64,000 nucleotides of DNA from Candidatus Babeliales bacterium (lineage in GTDB: Bacteria > Babelota > Babeliae > Babelales > JANWKD01), in contig CAVRJM010000001.1 in NCBI GenBank assembly GCA_963722075.1, positions 928,001 to 992,000 of the forward strand, given 5' to 3'. This document shows, piece after piece, positions 49,783-59,844 of the stretch. The stretch's first letter is position 1; every line of letters starts with the position of its first letter. The position numbers and the translations under genes were made by a program. The notes beneath the pieces are model-generated. The model worked only from the letters and a program-made list of their open reading frames with translations, ran no database searches and was not told the origin of the DNA.

Positions 49783-52461
49783 ATGAAATTAATTAAAAAA
49801 TTATTACTCCTCATATGTGCGCTTACTATAGCAAATGGCTATGGCATGAAGCGTAAAGCATCAGAAATAGGATCTACATCAAAAACTAGTAATAAAAAAA
49901 TAGAATATGATTCCGAAGTTATTGTTAGATTTAAAACTACTGATGATCAACCGGTATCGGTAAAATTATATTATATTTCTAAGTATTCTAAAACATTATA
50001 TGATATGTATATAGATGCTGACGATTCAAATGAACCTATTCCCGTACCATTTTCATCAGAACCATTCACTTTTATCGCTGATGCGTTTCAAAGGGTTATT
50101 AACTCAAACTTATTTGAAAATAAACTTTATGAAAAAATTCAAGAGTTAACCATAGATCAATGCATTAACCTTGCAAATGCCGCTTGCTGGGCTGATTTTC
50201 AACTACTTATTGAAGCTATAGTAGAAATTATTACTCATCGTTGCTTATATAGCGAAAATCTTTCACCACAAGAAGTGTTAGATGAATATCAAAAACGGGA
50301 ATTAAATGATGCTTTACTCTTATTAATCAAAAATAAATTAAATCCCATTGAAAAACCATCTTTTACCATTACTTTCAAAACTGATGACGATCAACTAATT
50401 GAGGTGAATTCTATTTATTTCGTTGGTCAAGCCGACACGTTGCTTCAATTATTTAGACAACGGGGTGGGCAACCAGTTGCCATTCCATTTTCAATGGAAA
50501 CTTTTACTTTCATCATAGAAGCACTGCAACATAGCTATAGTACACAATCATTTGATGGCGAATTTTGTAAAAAATGGGAATTATTAACTCACAACCAATT
50601 GATCACTATTGCTAATGCCGCTCACTGCTATAATATTGAATCATTATTACAAAAAATAATAACAATAATAACGCATCGATGTTTAACTAGTGATGAATGC
50701 TTACACCCCCAGCTTGCATTGCAATCATATTATGAAAATGGCTTAGCTTCTGAGCTAATCCCATTAATCCAAAATGAACTTAATACAATCATCTCATCTG
50801 AAGAAAACACCATTGTTTTAATTACCAACGATCATCAAGAAATCGCTATTTGCCCATCTCAAGCACGTTCTTTTAAAACAATTCAAAATACAATAGATTC
50901 TTATGAAAATACAAATGAACCTATTTTTCTGCCCAATATTTCTCAAAACATATTGATGCTTCTTCTTCAAGCGCTCAAAAATATTACATATCAACACATA
51001 AATTCTTCAGTAGTCATAGAAGGTCTTGCAAATCAAACTGTTGAAACACTTATCGCTCTTTTTAATGCTGCAGATTATTTAGGAAGTGATTACGTATGCA
51101 AAGCACTTATGGCTACTATTGAAAAAAAATTGGATGAGCCTAGTTTTTTAGATAATTATGATAGTATCGCCTGGTTGTTACAAAGTAATTTTGATTTTTT
51201 TAATGAAACATTACAGAGCGGTTCATTTTTTTATTCATTATTACAACTAGTAGCTAAACCCCAAACAAACACACCAGCCAATATAATAAATCATGGTACA
51301 ACAATAAAAGGTATGAAATTTAGCCCAGATGGCCAACTTCTTGCAACTCTTACTGACAAAACCGTAACTATTTACAATTCTCATGATGGTTCAATTCTAG
51401 ATACATTAGAAGGTTTTTCTCTGGAGTACCCATCTTTATTATTTAGTCCCAATGGGCAATTTATTGTGGTACATGATAAAGGACCTTATGGAACTAGACT
51501 TATTATTAAAATATATGATGTTATCAATAAATCTTGTGTATACACATTACAATGCAAGAGCAATGTTAGAAATACCGTTTTCAGTCCTGATAGCCAAAAT
51601 CTTATTATATATTATTCTCATGGCACTATTGAATTAGTTAATATCATTAATAAATCTTATGATACTGTCGAAACTAACAACAAAAAATTTATGTGCACCG
51701 CATTTAGCCCCGATGCAACTATTTTTGCTATGACTTCAGATAATTTCATACAATTGTGGGATATTTATGAGTACCGTTATTTACCAATTTCAACTGGGCA
51801 TAAGGAACGAGTTAAGCATTTAGCATTTAGTCCTGATGGAAAATTCCTAGTAACAATCTTTATCGGTAACGATATCAAAATTTGGGATGTTTCTGATGGT
51901 TCTTGCTTACGTACAATAACCCATAATAATAGTTATATTAACCATGTTGTCTTTAGTCCCGATGGGGAATTTTTTGCTACATGCGCTGACAATGGCACTA
52001 TTACCTTATGGACCAATAATGGTGACCGGGTAAAAACATTGCTTGCTCATGATCAGCCAGTTTCATTCATTGCATTTAGTCCTTATGGGCAAATTCTTGT
52101 CTCTCAATCTGCTAAAACCGCTAAAATATGGGATATTAATAATGGATCTGGCATTTCAGAATATCATATCAGTGAAAAAGCTTTTATTAATTTTTTAGCC
52201 TTAAGTCCTGACGACCAACAACTCGCTATCAATTCTTCCGATGGAACCACTGCGTTATATCCCCTTTATGATCATGATCTGGCAACATCGTTTATGGCGT
52301 TACCTTTTGAACAATTGCTACTACTCAAACTATGTTATAATGCTTATAGGTATACTATTCCATTCAATTTTTCTGGCCATCCGTATTTAAAAGAAGTGTA
52401 TGATAGTTGTCCTGATATCGTCCAAACATGGATTAATAAATTAATACCACCACAAAAATAG
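49783..52461 (+). CDS. Exported Skp1/BTB-like x3 + WD40 repeat protein
   Basis: Three FKTxD/LITND-initiated domains; LFNAADYL; WD40 repeats. Confidence 0.85.
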   Translation: MKLIKKLLLLICALTIANGYGMKRKASEIGSTSKTSNKKIEYDSEVIVRFKTTDDQPVSVKLYYISKYSKTLYDMYIDADDSNEPIPVPFSSEPFTFIADAFQRVINSNLFENKLYEKIQELTIDQCINLANAACWADFQLLIEAIVEIITHRCLYSENLSPQEVLDEYQKRELNDALLLLIKNKLNPIEKPSFTITFKTDDDQLIEVNSIYFVGQADTLLQLFRQRGGQPVAIPFSMETFTFIIEALQHSYSTQSFDGEFCKKWELLTHNQLITIANAAHCYNIESLLQKIITIITHRCLTSDECLHPQLALQSYYENGLASELIPLIQNELNTIISSEENTIVLITNDHQEIAICPSQARSFKTIQNTIDSYENTNEPIFLPNISQNILMLLLQALKNITYQHINSSVVIEGLANQTVETLIALFNAADYLGSDYVCKALMATIEKKLDEPSFLDNYDSIAWLLQSNFDFFNETLQSGSFFYSLLQLVAKPQTNTPANIINHGTTIKGMKFSPDGQLLATLTDKTVTIYNSHDGSILDTLEGFSLEYPSLLFSPNGQFIVVHDKGPYGTRLIIKIYDVINKSCVYTLQCKSNVRNTVFSPDSQNLIIYYSHGTIELVNIINKSYDTVETNNKKFMCTAFSPDATIFAMTSDNFIQLWDIYEYRYLPISTGHKERVKHLAFSPDGKFLVTIFIGNDIKIWDVSDGSCLRTITHNNSYINHVVFSPDGEFFATCADNGTITLWTNNGDRVKTLLAHDQPVSFIAFSPYGQILVSQSAKTAKIWDINNGSGISEYHISEKAFINFLALSPDDQQLAINSSDGTTALYPLYDHDLATSFMALPFEQLLLLKLCYNAYRYTIPFNFSGHPYLKEVYDSCPDIVQTWINKLIPPQK

Positions 52462-52471
52462 AGGTTATAAA

Positions 52472-54682
52472 ATGAAATTAATTAAAAAAATACTAGTACT
52501 TGCTTGCGTACTTCCGTTGTTCAGTACTTATTGTATGGAAAACTCGACCGTTCTATGCAAAACGAGCGATGAGAAGTATGTTCGCCTTCCCGTAGAATAT
52601 CTTAATAAATCACGAACCTTCTATAATGATTTTATTGAAGCAAGCAAAAAAACAGATAAACAATCAATTCCAACGATTAACGTATTTTGCTCTAAAGAAA
52701 CATTCATATTGCTCATGGAAGCGCTTAAGATAGCTTATCTAAAGGATTCTTTAGATAAATCATTTTGTGAAAAGCTTTCAGCATTAACTACTCCTACTCA
52801 AGGGCTTATTGATCTTGCCAACGCCGCCTGCTACGCCGATTTCCAACTGCTTATAGCAACAATGATAGAAATCATAGGTCAGCGATGCTTGGATCATGAA
52901 TCTTATTTACCAGATGAAATGTTACAATCTTATAAAAAAATGGGCTTAACGGATGAATTTGTTGCATTAGTTATCCGCTATTTAAACTCGCCTGCACTTA
53001 ATAGATCATCGATGGAAACAGAACCACAAACTATTACCATTTTTACCAACGATGATGAAACATTCACTATTCCTATAGCAATAGCAGCTCATTTTAAAAT
53101 TATTCAAAATATTCACCCCTTTAATGAAGAGTTAACAAGACCAATTGAATTACCAAATATTAATTCAACGGAATTAGAAAAGCTTCTTCATCTTCTTAAC
53201 AAGCTTCTGCAATCTGATGAAGAACAATCGGATCTTATTAATGAATTACTATCTTATGATATTAAGGATGTTATTACTCTTTTTAACGCGGCAGATTATT
53301 TAAATAGCGATACATTATGTGAATTGTTACTCAGTGTTATCGAGCAAAAATTAAAAAATCCTGAACTTTTATATGATAATGACACCATTGCATGGATACT
53401 ACAAAATCAGCAAAATAGAACCATACTTATTAACCATCTGATTCAAACGCCTTTTATTAAGGGATTACTCAATTTTATTTGCAAATCAGATAAAATTGAA
53501 CCTGTTGCGCTCAGAGGATATAGCGGCCCTTACCGTATTGCTTTTAGTCCTGATGAAAAAATCCTTGCTACTACTACTTCTCGTACAATAGTACTTTGGG
53601 ATACCGCCACGGTTAAAGCCCTGCGTACCCTAGATATGGGTAGAACTTTTAGTCTTGCCTTTAGCCCAGATGGGAAATTTCTTGCTACCGGTTCAGATGG
53701 CAAAAATGCTATTAAATTATGGAATCCTCATACTGGCGACTGCATCCATACCTTCCAAAAAGCGAATGGTCATTTCACGCGTCTTACCTTCAGCCCTAAT
53801 GGGAAAATACTTGCCTCTGTTTGCGCTTCTGATTCCTTTCAGCTTTGGAACACAAGTACATTTCGTTGCCTTTATAAGGCAACCAATATTAACCGAATTC
53901 CTGGTGTAGCTTTTAGCCCTGATGGAAAATTTTTAGCCGCCTGTTCTGAAAATATTCTTAAAATATGGGATACAAATACTTTTGACTGTATTTATACTCT
54001 TGATGAGCATACTGCGCAAATTAATCGTTTTGCATTTAGTCCACAGGGCCATTTTGTTGCTACCTGTTCTGACGATACCACTATTAAACTGTGGGATGTT
54101 GATACCGGTAGATGTGTACGAACTTTTAATGATACCGATAAAGTTACCTGTTTAACCTTTAGCCCCGATGAGAAAATACTTGTCACCGCCTCTTCTGATC
54201 ATTATCGTAAACTCTGGGATGTACATACTGGCAAATGCTTAAAAGCAACTTACGGTCCTCAATTTTGCGTTCTTGCCTTTAGTCCACATGGCCTATTTCT
54301 TGCAGGTTCATCCAAGGATAGTGTTAGTTTATGGGATACGAGTACTAATTACTCATTAATTCATAATGATAGCCATAGAGAAGTAGATGCCCTCCGGTTT
54401 AGCCCTAATGGTCAATTTCTTGCTACTGCATCTTTTGGTGAGGTCTTTTTACGAAGAATGGTTGATACGGCAAAAATAGAAGAATATAAATATTTACCAC
54501 CAGAACAATTGTTGTTACTTGCCTTTTGCTATAATGCGTTTGCAAACAAAATTACTTTTGATTTCTCTTGGCACCCCTATTTAAACGAGGTATATAATAA
54601 CTGTTCTTCTGCAGTACGTGATCTGATTACCCAAAAGTTAATGCCAACTGGTTACCAACCAAGCTCATGCTTACTTAGTTAA
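52472..54682 (+). CDS. Exported Skp1/BTB-like x2 + WD40 repeat protein
   Basis: IFTNDDETF, PIELPNI, LFNAADYL; WD40 repeats. Confidence 0.85.
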   Translation: MKLIKKILVLACVLPLFSTYCMENSTVLCKTSDEKYVRLPVEYLNKSRTFYNDFIEASKKTDKQSIPTINVFCSKETFILLMEALKIAYLKDSLDKSFCEKLSALTTPTQGLIDLANAACYADFQLLIATMIEIIGQRCLDHESYLPDEMLQSYKKMGLTDEFVALVIRYLNSPALNRSSMETEPQTITIFTNDDETFTIPIAIAAHFKIIQNIHPFNEELTRPIELPNINSTELEKLLHLLNKLLQSDEEQSDLINELLSYDIKDVITLFNAADYLNSDTLCELLLSVIEQKLKNPELLYDNDTIAWILQNQQNRTILINHLIQTPFIKGLLNFICKSDKIEPVALRGYSGPYRIAFSPDEKILATTTSRTIVLWDTATVKALRTLDMGRTFSLAFSPDGKFLATGSDGKNAIKLWNPHTGDCIHTFQKANGHFTRLTFSPNGKILASVCASDSFQLWNTSTFRCLYKATNINRIPGVAFSPDGKFLAACSENILKIWDTNTFDCIYTLDEHTAQINRFAFSPQGHFVATCSDDTTIKLWDVDTGRCVRTFNDTDKVTCLTFSPDEKILVTASSDHYRKLWDVHTGKCLKATYGPQFCVLAFSPHGLFLAGSSKDSVSLWDTSTNYSLIHNDSHREVDALRFSPNGQFLATASFGEVFLRRMVDTAKIEEYKYLPPEQLLLLAFCYNAFANKITFDFSWHPYLNEVYNNCSSAVRDLITQKLMPTGYQPSSCLLS

Positions 54683-54803
54683 AACACTGTCCAAATTATT
54701 TCTAATTGAAAAAATAGCTAGTTAAAATTATAATTAGCTATTTTTTCAAAAAAATAGTATTATTAATTAAAATAATGATCCAGTCAATAAATGGGGGATT
54801 TAT

Positions 54804-56366
54804 ATGACCATGGTACGTTGGTTAAAATTAATCACTATTCTTATCAGTATAACTGCTGCATTTTTCTTTATTAACAAAAACGCTCATATACTTATTCATA
54901 CAGGATATGAATTATACTTCAAATTAATGCATCCTATCCCAAAAAAATCCCTTTGCCCTTATCAAGCTACCAATAAACGATTTGGCTTTAACTCGGTAAC
55001 CTCTGCTACTCCTTTACAAGAATTAAAACACACCGGATCATTACCAAGCTGGCTCAAAGGAACCTTCTTAGCAACAGTACCCGCTCAATTTGAATTAGGA
55101 AATACTAAAGCCGCTTATTCCTTTAGTGGCCTTGCTATGCTACAAGGGTTTTATTTTGATGGCAATGGTATTAAATTTCAAAACTCATTCTTAGATAGTA
55201 TTTATTACCGCCGTTGCACAAAAAACGGCAAATTTGATAGCAACATGACCAATCAAAAAAAAAGCTTTTTTTCACGGTTAGCAAACAGTTTTAGCACTCC
55301 CGATCCTTATGACAATGGCAACATTGCTATAGGATATATGAATGGTAATGCAATCGCCTTAACAGAAACAACATTGGGTGTTATTGTTGATTCCAACACC
55401 TTACATACAAGAGCATCATTTGATCTTAATGAGCAGCTGGAAGGGCATCTTACCACTGCTCAATTTCAGTATGATCCTGAAACTAAATCGTGGTATAATT
55501 ATATGACAAACTTTGCACAACAAAGCACTTATCAGATTTATAAAATTACCGCTGATAACAAAACAGTATTAATTAGTTCCATACCGGTTAAAACGCCATC
55601 ATACATGCGCAGCTTTGCCATGAGCAAAGATTATATCGTGTTGATTGAGATTCCTTTTGTAGTTAATCCCATGGATTTATTATTTAATGGAGGGCCATTT
55701 TTAACTGCATTACAATGGAAACCTGAGCTGGGAACTCGTTTTATTGTAATTAATAAACATACGGGTGAGCAACACCAACCATTGGTTACCACTCAACCAT
55801 TTTTCACGATTAATATTATCAATACCACTCAAGAAAATAATACCCTTACCATAGATGCTATTACCTATGAAAATGCTGACTTAATAAACCATATCAGTAT
55901 GGAAGCATTGCAGAGTAATGATCCGCATGAATTTGAACCAGGATATACTACCCGTTTCACACTCAATCTAGAAAATAAAGAAGCATCACATCAGCGCATT
56001 CCTTCTGCAGCCATTGAATTCCCTACTATAAATGCACAATACAACATGAAGCCATATACATTCTTATACGGACTTACTGCTGATCACCCACACCAATTTC
56101 CTGCACAGCTTATTAAAATAAACATAAGCAATGGAACTTCAACTAAATGGCAACAAGAACAGTGCTTTGCCAGCCAGCCGGTGTTTGTACCAAATCCTAC
56201 CGGAACTAATGAAGATGACGGTGTTATTCTTTCTGTTGTTTTTGATAGTATTGCACATCAATCATTTTTACTGCTATTGGATGCGCATAATTTTACGGAG
56301 CTTGCACGCGCACCGCTGCCATGCGCTATTCCATTGGGACTTTCAGGTACGTTTATTAAAGAATAA
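54804..56366 (+). CDS. Carotenoid oxygenase (RPE65/CCD) family protein with N-terminal TM; iron ligands appear substituted
   Basis: GSLPSWLKGT, DNGN, EFPTIN, PVFVPNP...EDDGVILS. Confidence 0.85.
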   Translation: MTMVRWLKLITILISITAAFFFINKNAHILIHTGYELYFKLMHPIPKKSLCPYQATNKRFGFNSVTSATPLQELKHTGSLPSWLKGTFLATVPAQFELGNTKAAYSFSGLAMLQGFYFDGNGIKFQNSFLDSIYYRRCTKNGKFDSNMTNQKKSFFSRLANSFSTPDPYDNGNIAIGYMNGNAIALTETTLGVIVDSNTLHTRASFDLNEQLEGHLTTAQFQYDPETKSWYNYMTNFAQQSTYQIYKITADNKTVLISSIPVKTPSYMRSFAMSKDYIVLIEIPFVVNPMDLLFNGGPFLTALQWKPELGTRFIVINKHTGEQHQPLVTTQPFFTINIINTTQENNTLTIDAITYENADLINHISMEALQSNDPHEFEPGYTTRFTLNLENKEASHQRIPSAAIEFPTINAQYNMKPYTFLYGLTADHPHQFPAQLIKINISNGTSTKWQQEQCFASQPVFVPNPTGTNEDDGVILSVVFDSIAHQSFLLLLDAHNFTELARAPLPCAIPLGLSGTFIKE

Positions 56367-56389
56367 AAATAGGATTTTTTATTTATCAA

Positions 56390-56544
56390 TGGATCCCCAC
56401 GTTCCTCGGGATGACATATGGTTTTTATCTTTTAATTTGATCTTCACGGCCTAACGGCCTCGGGATGACAAAAAATAAGATATTTTGTTTACATTATTCC
56501 AAACGGTAATATTGTCATCCTGAGCGTCAGCGTAAGGATCCAGT
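56390..56544. repeat. Cluster of three palindromic repeats
   Basis: TGGATCCCCACG..CTCGGGATGACA-like twice; TGTCATCCTGAGC..GGATCCAGT. Confidence 0.85.
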
Positions 56545-56610
56545 AAATAAAAACATTCCTTTTTCTTTTATTTTTTTTCCATACTTCAAAAGAAAGTATG
56601 AGGAAAAAAG

Positions 56611-57909
56611 ATGCAGATAAACAATAAATCGGCTATGCCGATTCAGCAAGTATATTGGTATATCAATAAGCCATTAAATCCGCCACTTAAAGAAAATATC
56701 ACCGTTGATGTTCTTATTATTGGCGGTGGCATGGCCGGATTAAGTGCCGCCCAAGCATTTCATGAAAAAGGGTTGCGCGTTGCGCTCATAGAAAAAAATT
56801 TTTGTGGCGCTGGAGCAAGCGGCAAAAGTTCAGGATTTATTACTCCCGATTCAGAATTTGCACTCCATAATTTAATTGATTTTTATGGAAATGAGGTTGG
56901 CAAACGCCTTTGGGAATTTTCTTCTAACGGCGTAGCACTCATAGAAAAGAATATACACCAACATAAGATTTCATGTGATTATCAAAAACAAAATACGCTG
57001 GTTATTGCTTCAAGCCATCATGCTTTTAACTCATCAATTAAAGCAGAATATCAGGCACGCAAACAATTTAATTACGCTGCAACTCTTTATGAAAAAGATC
57101 GGGTGCCTTCAATTCTAGGATCATCAAGCTATTATGGCGCTATTGAATATCCTGACACGTTTGGCATACATGCATACGCCTATTGCCAAGAAATGAAAAC
57201 GATTTTAACAAATGCGGGTGTTTTACTATACGAAGATACGCCGCTTACGAGCTTTACTACAAACGGTGCGCAAACGCCACATGCCACGATTACTGCTGAT
57301 AAAGTAATTGTTTGTATTGATCGCTTTATTAATGATTATGCAAAATTGCTTTCTCAAGTATACCATGTACAAACGTTTTTAATGATGAGTGAACCCGTAT
57401 CAGATCAGGTAATTAATGCGTTATTTCCAGCACGCAAATTTATGGTATGGGATACCAATCTTATTTATAATTATTTTCGCTGCACCGGGGATAATCGATT
57501 AATGCTGGGGGGCGCACGGCTTTTATCAACGTATGCTCCACGTGAACATTATCATAATAAAAAAATAATTAAAAAATTATCTTCTTATTTCAAAAAAAGC
57601 TTCCCGCAAGTTGATATTCAATTTAATTATATATGGCCAGGCCTTATTGGGATAACCAAAGATATTATGCCTATTGCCGGACCGGATAAACAACATCCTC
57701 ACATTTATTATATTAGCGGGGCCGCCGGGCTACCATGGGCTGCAGCCTTGGGCGTCTATAGTGCACAGCATATACTAGAAAACCGTACTGATTTAGATGT
57801 CGTGTTTTCTCCTGAACGCCATTTTGCACTCGGCAGTTGCGCACAAAAATTATTAGGAACACCGCTTACATTTGCTTTATGTAATTTTATGCGCACCAGA
57901 TCACTATAA
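56611..57909 (+). CDS. FAD-dependent oxidoreductase (DAO/PuuB-like)
   Basis: IIGGGMAGLS, GASGKSSG, WPG..G.T.D.MP.AG. Confidence 0.88.
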   Translation: MQINNKSAMPIQQVYWYINKPLNPPLKENITVDVLIIGGGMAGLSAAQAFHEKGLRVALIEKNFCGAGASGKSSGFITPDSEFALHNLIDFYGNEVGKRLWEFSSNGVALIEKNIHQHKISCDYQKQNTLVIASSHHAFNSSIKAEYQARKQFNYAATLYEKDRVPSILGSSSYYGAIEYPDTFGIHAYAYCQEMKTILTNAGVLLYEDTPLTSFTTNGAQTPHATITADKVIVCIDRFINDYAKLLSQVYHVQTFLMMSEPVSDQVINALFPARKFMVWDTNLIYNYFRCTGDNRLMLGGARLLSTYAPREHYHNKKIIKKLSSYFKKSFPQVDIQFNYIWPGLIGITKDIMPIAGPDKQHPHIYYISGAAGLPWAAALGVYSAQHILENRTDLDVVFSPERHFALGSCAQKLLGTPLTFALCNFMRTRSL

Positions 57910-57914
57910 AAATT

Positions 57915-58727
57915 TTAATTTGGAAAATCGCGAATAACATCTACATCAACCGCTCCACCACCAATTTGTAATGCACGTGCTTTTACCCTTCTACGGTCCC
58001 ACATCCGTGCATGGTAAATAATAAAATCAAGGATAGTTTTTCCTATTGCCGGCTTACCACCCGCATAGGTAGTCCGTTGTAATTCCTTCATCAACGGATA
58101 ATTAACTATCGCGTTACGTAGCTGTTCATTCTCATCTGAGAAAGATTTTGGTATGAGAGAATAAGAAGTTTTGGGTTGTGGTATAGCACGTAATTTATCT
58201 CCTGCCCCATGAATACGTTTGGCTGCTCTATAAATTTTTTTAAGAAATTTACGTATAGGCTGTGTTGTACTAAGAGGAGCATCTGAAGTATTATAAGCAG
58301 CCATAGCTTTAATAGTATTGTATAATGGTGGTATATGGTCATCTATTATTTCTAATATTTCAAGTATTCTTATTAATATTCTCGTAATTATCCGTTGGTC
58401 GCTGGCTTCACCCTTGACATAATCTGGTAAATAATCGGAATTAAGAATTAATCTGGTCACCGCGTCTTCAATTAAAGCAAATTCTGCGCAACCTTTATGA
58501 AATAAATCATTTAATGCTTCAGGGGTTACTTGTTTATCACATATTTTCAATGATATGATAGGTTTTTCTGGTTGTACTGATACCGGAATCGTGGGAGGAA
58601 TGCCTGGCGTTAAATAATTATGTAACGTAGTAAGACGATTTTTTAAATCACCTAATTCTGTTTCTAAGGAACAATGTGCAATTTGAAAACCGACCAAAAC
58701 AATTACTGAAGCAATATATTTATTCAT
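57915..58727 (-). CDS. Exported hypothetical protein with post-signal leucine-heptad segment
   Basis: Signal peptide, then LETELGDLKNRLTTLHNYL and Pro-rich linker. Confidence 0.7.
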   Translation of the reverse strand: MNKYIASVIVLVGFQIAHCSLETELGDLKNRLTTLHNYLTPGIPPTIPVSVQPEKPIISLKICDKQVTPEALNDLFHKGCAEFALIEDAVTRLILNSDYLPDYVKGEASDQRIITRILIRILEILEIIDDHIPPLYNTIKAMAAYNTSDAPLSTTQPIRKFLKKIYRAAKRIHGAGDKLRAIPQPKTSYSLIPKSFSDENEQLRNAIVNYPLMKELQRTTYAGGKPAIGKTILDFIIYHARMWDRRRVKARALQIGGGAVDVDVIRDFPN

Positions 58728-59426
58728 TTATTCATTACCTCTTCTGCCAAAAAGTCTAAGCAACATTAAGAACAAGTTAATAAAATCAAGATACAAGGTA
58801 AGGGCACCTAAAACCGCCACTTTATTTTCCATTTCACCTTGATCAATTAAAAATTCACTCATTTTCTTTATTTTTTGAACGTCATATGCCGTTAACAACG
58901 TAAAGATGACAATTCCTACTAAAGTGATTATGTAATCAAAGGTTCCATTTCTCAAGAAAATATTAACAACCATACCAATAATCAATCCAAAGAGTGCCAT
59001 AATTAAATATTTACCAACATTGGTTAAATCTGTTTTGGTAAAATAGCCATATAAGGCCATGCACAGAAACATTCCTGCCGTTACAAAAAAGGCGGTATAA
59101 ATAGTGCCAATATGGTAAACTAAAAAGATTGTTGAAAAGGTGACACCCATTAAAATGGCATAAAGAATTAATAATAATATTGCCGTAGCAAAATTTAATT
59201 TTAAAATTGCTGCTGATAATACAACAACAATCACCAATTGAAGAATAAAAAGAAAAAAGAGCAACCAGGGGCTGGTTACCAATTTTTGCACCAGTGCTGG
59301 TTGACTAACTACATAAAAAGCAGTTGCAGCAGTAATCAGCAACGCACCAGCCATAAAGGCATACACTTTATATAATAAATTTTTAGCTACGGAATTAACC
59401 GTACGAGAGTTATCAGAATTAACCAT
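58728..59426 (-). CDS. Bax inhibitor-1/YccA family membrane protein
   Basis: TAYDVQKIK, GALTLYLDFINLF. Confidence 0.92.
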   Translation of the reverse strand: MVNSDNSRTVNSVAKNLLYKVYAFMAGALLITAATAFYVVSQPALVQKLVTSPWLLFFLFILQLVIVVVLSAAILKLNFATAILLLILYAILMGVTFSTIFLVYHIGTIYTAFFVTAGMFLCMALYGYFTKTDLTNVGKYLIMALFGLIIGMVVNIFLRNGTFDYIITLVGIVIFTLLTAYDVQKIKKMSEFLIDQGEMENKVAVLGALTLYLDFINLFLMLLRLFGRRGNE

Positions 59427-59617
59427 TTTTTCCCTTCTTATATGAAATCCCTAATTTTTATATTTAAGATAATAAAATCCATTTTATCGGTGCAATGGTT
59501 TTAACTTGAACTTTACAGCACAAGTTTAGTAAATATAAGAATAACTGACGGTAACCTAGATTCTGTTGAGTTTTGGAAATAACTTTAAAATTTAAAGTTA
59601 TATGCTTGGAAAAAAGC

Positions 59618-59762
59618 CGTCGTCACGAGCCGAAGGCGTGGTGATCAAGGCTATGCCGGACAAGGGCGTGGGGACTGTGTCCGCCGTAGCTTGTAGCGAA
59701 GGCTGGATCCAGGCTAAAATTTTCAAGGGAACCTGGATTGCTTCGACAAGCTCGCAACGACA
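59618..59762. repeat. Nested palindromic repeat cluster
   Basis: Reverse-complement homolog of 17741-17800, plus CCTGGATTGCTTCGACAAGCTCGCAACGAC. Confidence 0.85.
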
Positions 59763-59844
59763 AATTGTTGTTTTCGTCGTCATTACGAGCACAGACTGTG
59801 CATCTAGATTTTTTATAATTTATTATTTATATAAGGAGTAAATA

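Noticed and set aside
46400..54450. Periodic TTTAG(C/T)CC..ATGG and AAATTATGG repeats as a possible CRISPR array
   Set aside because: They are degenerate, in-frame WD40 codons (FSPDG, KLW); no cas genes are present.
59598..59841. Short ORFs 59598-59792 and 59602-59841 (also 25813-26040)
   Set aside because: They are translations of palindromic repeats; the shared RCELVEAIQ peptide is the repeat itself.
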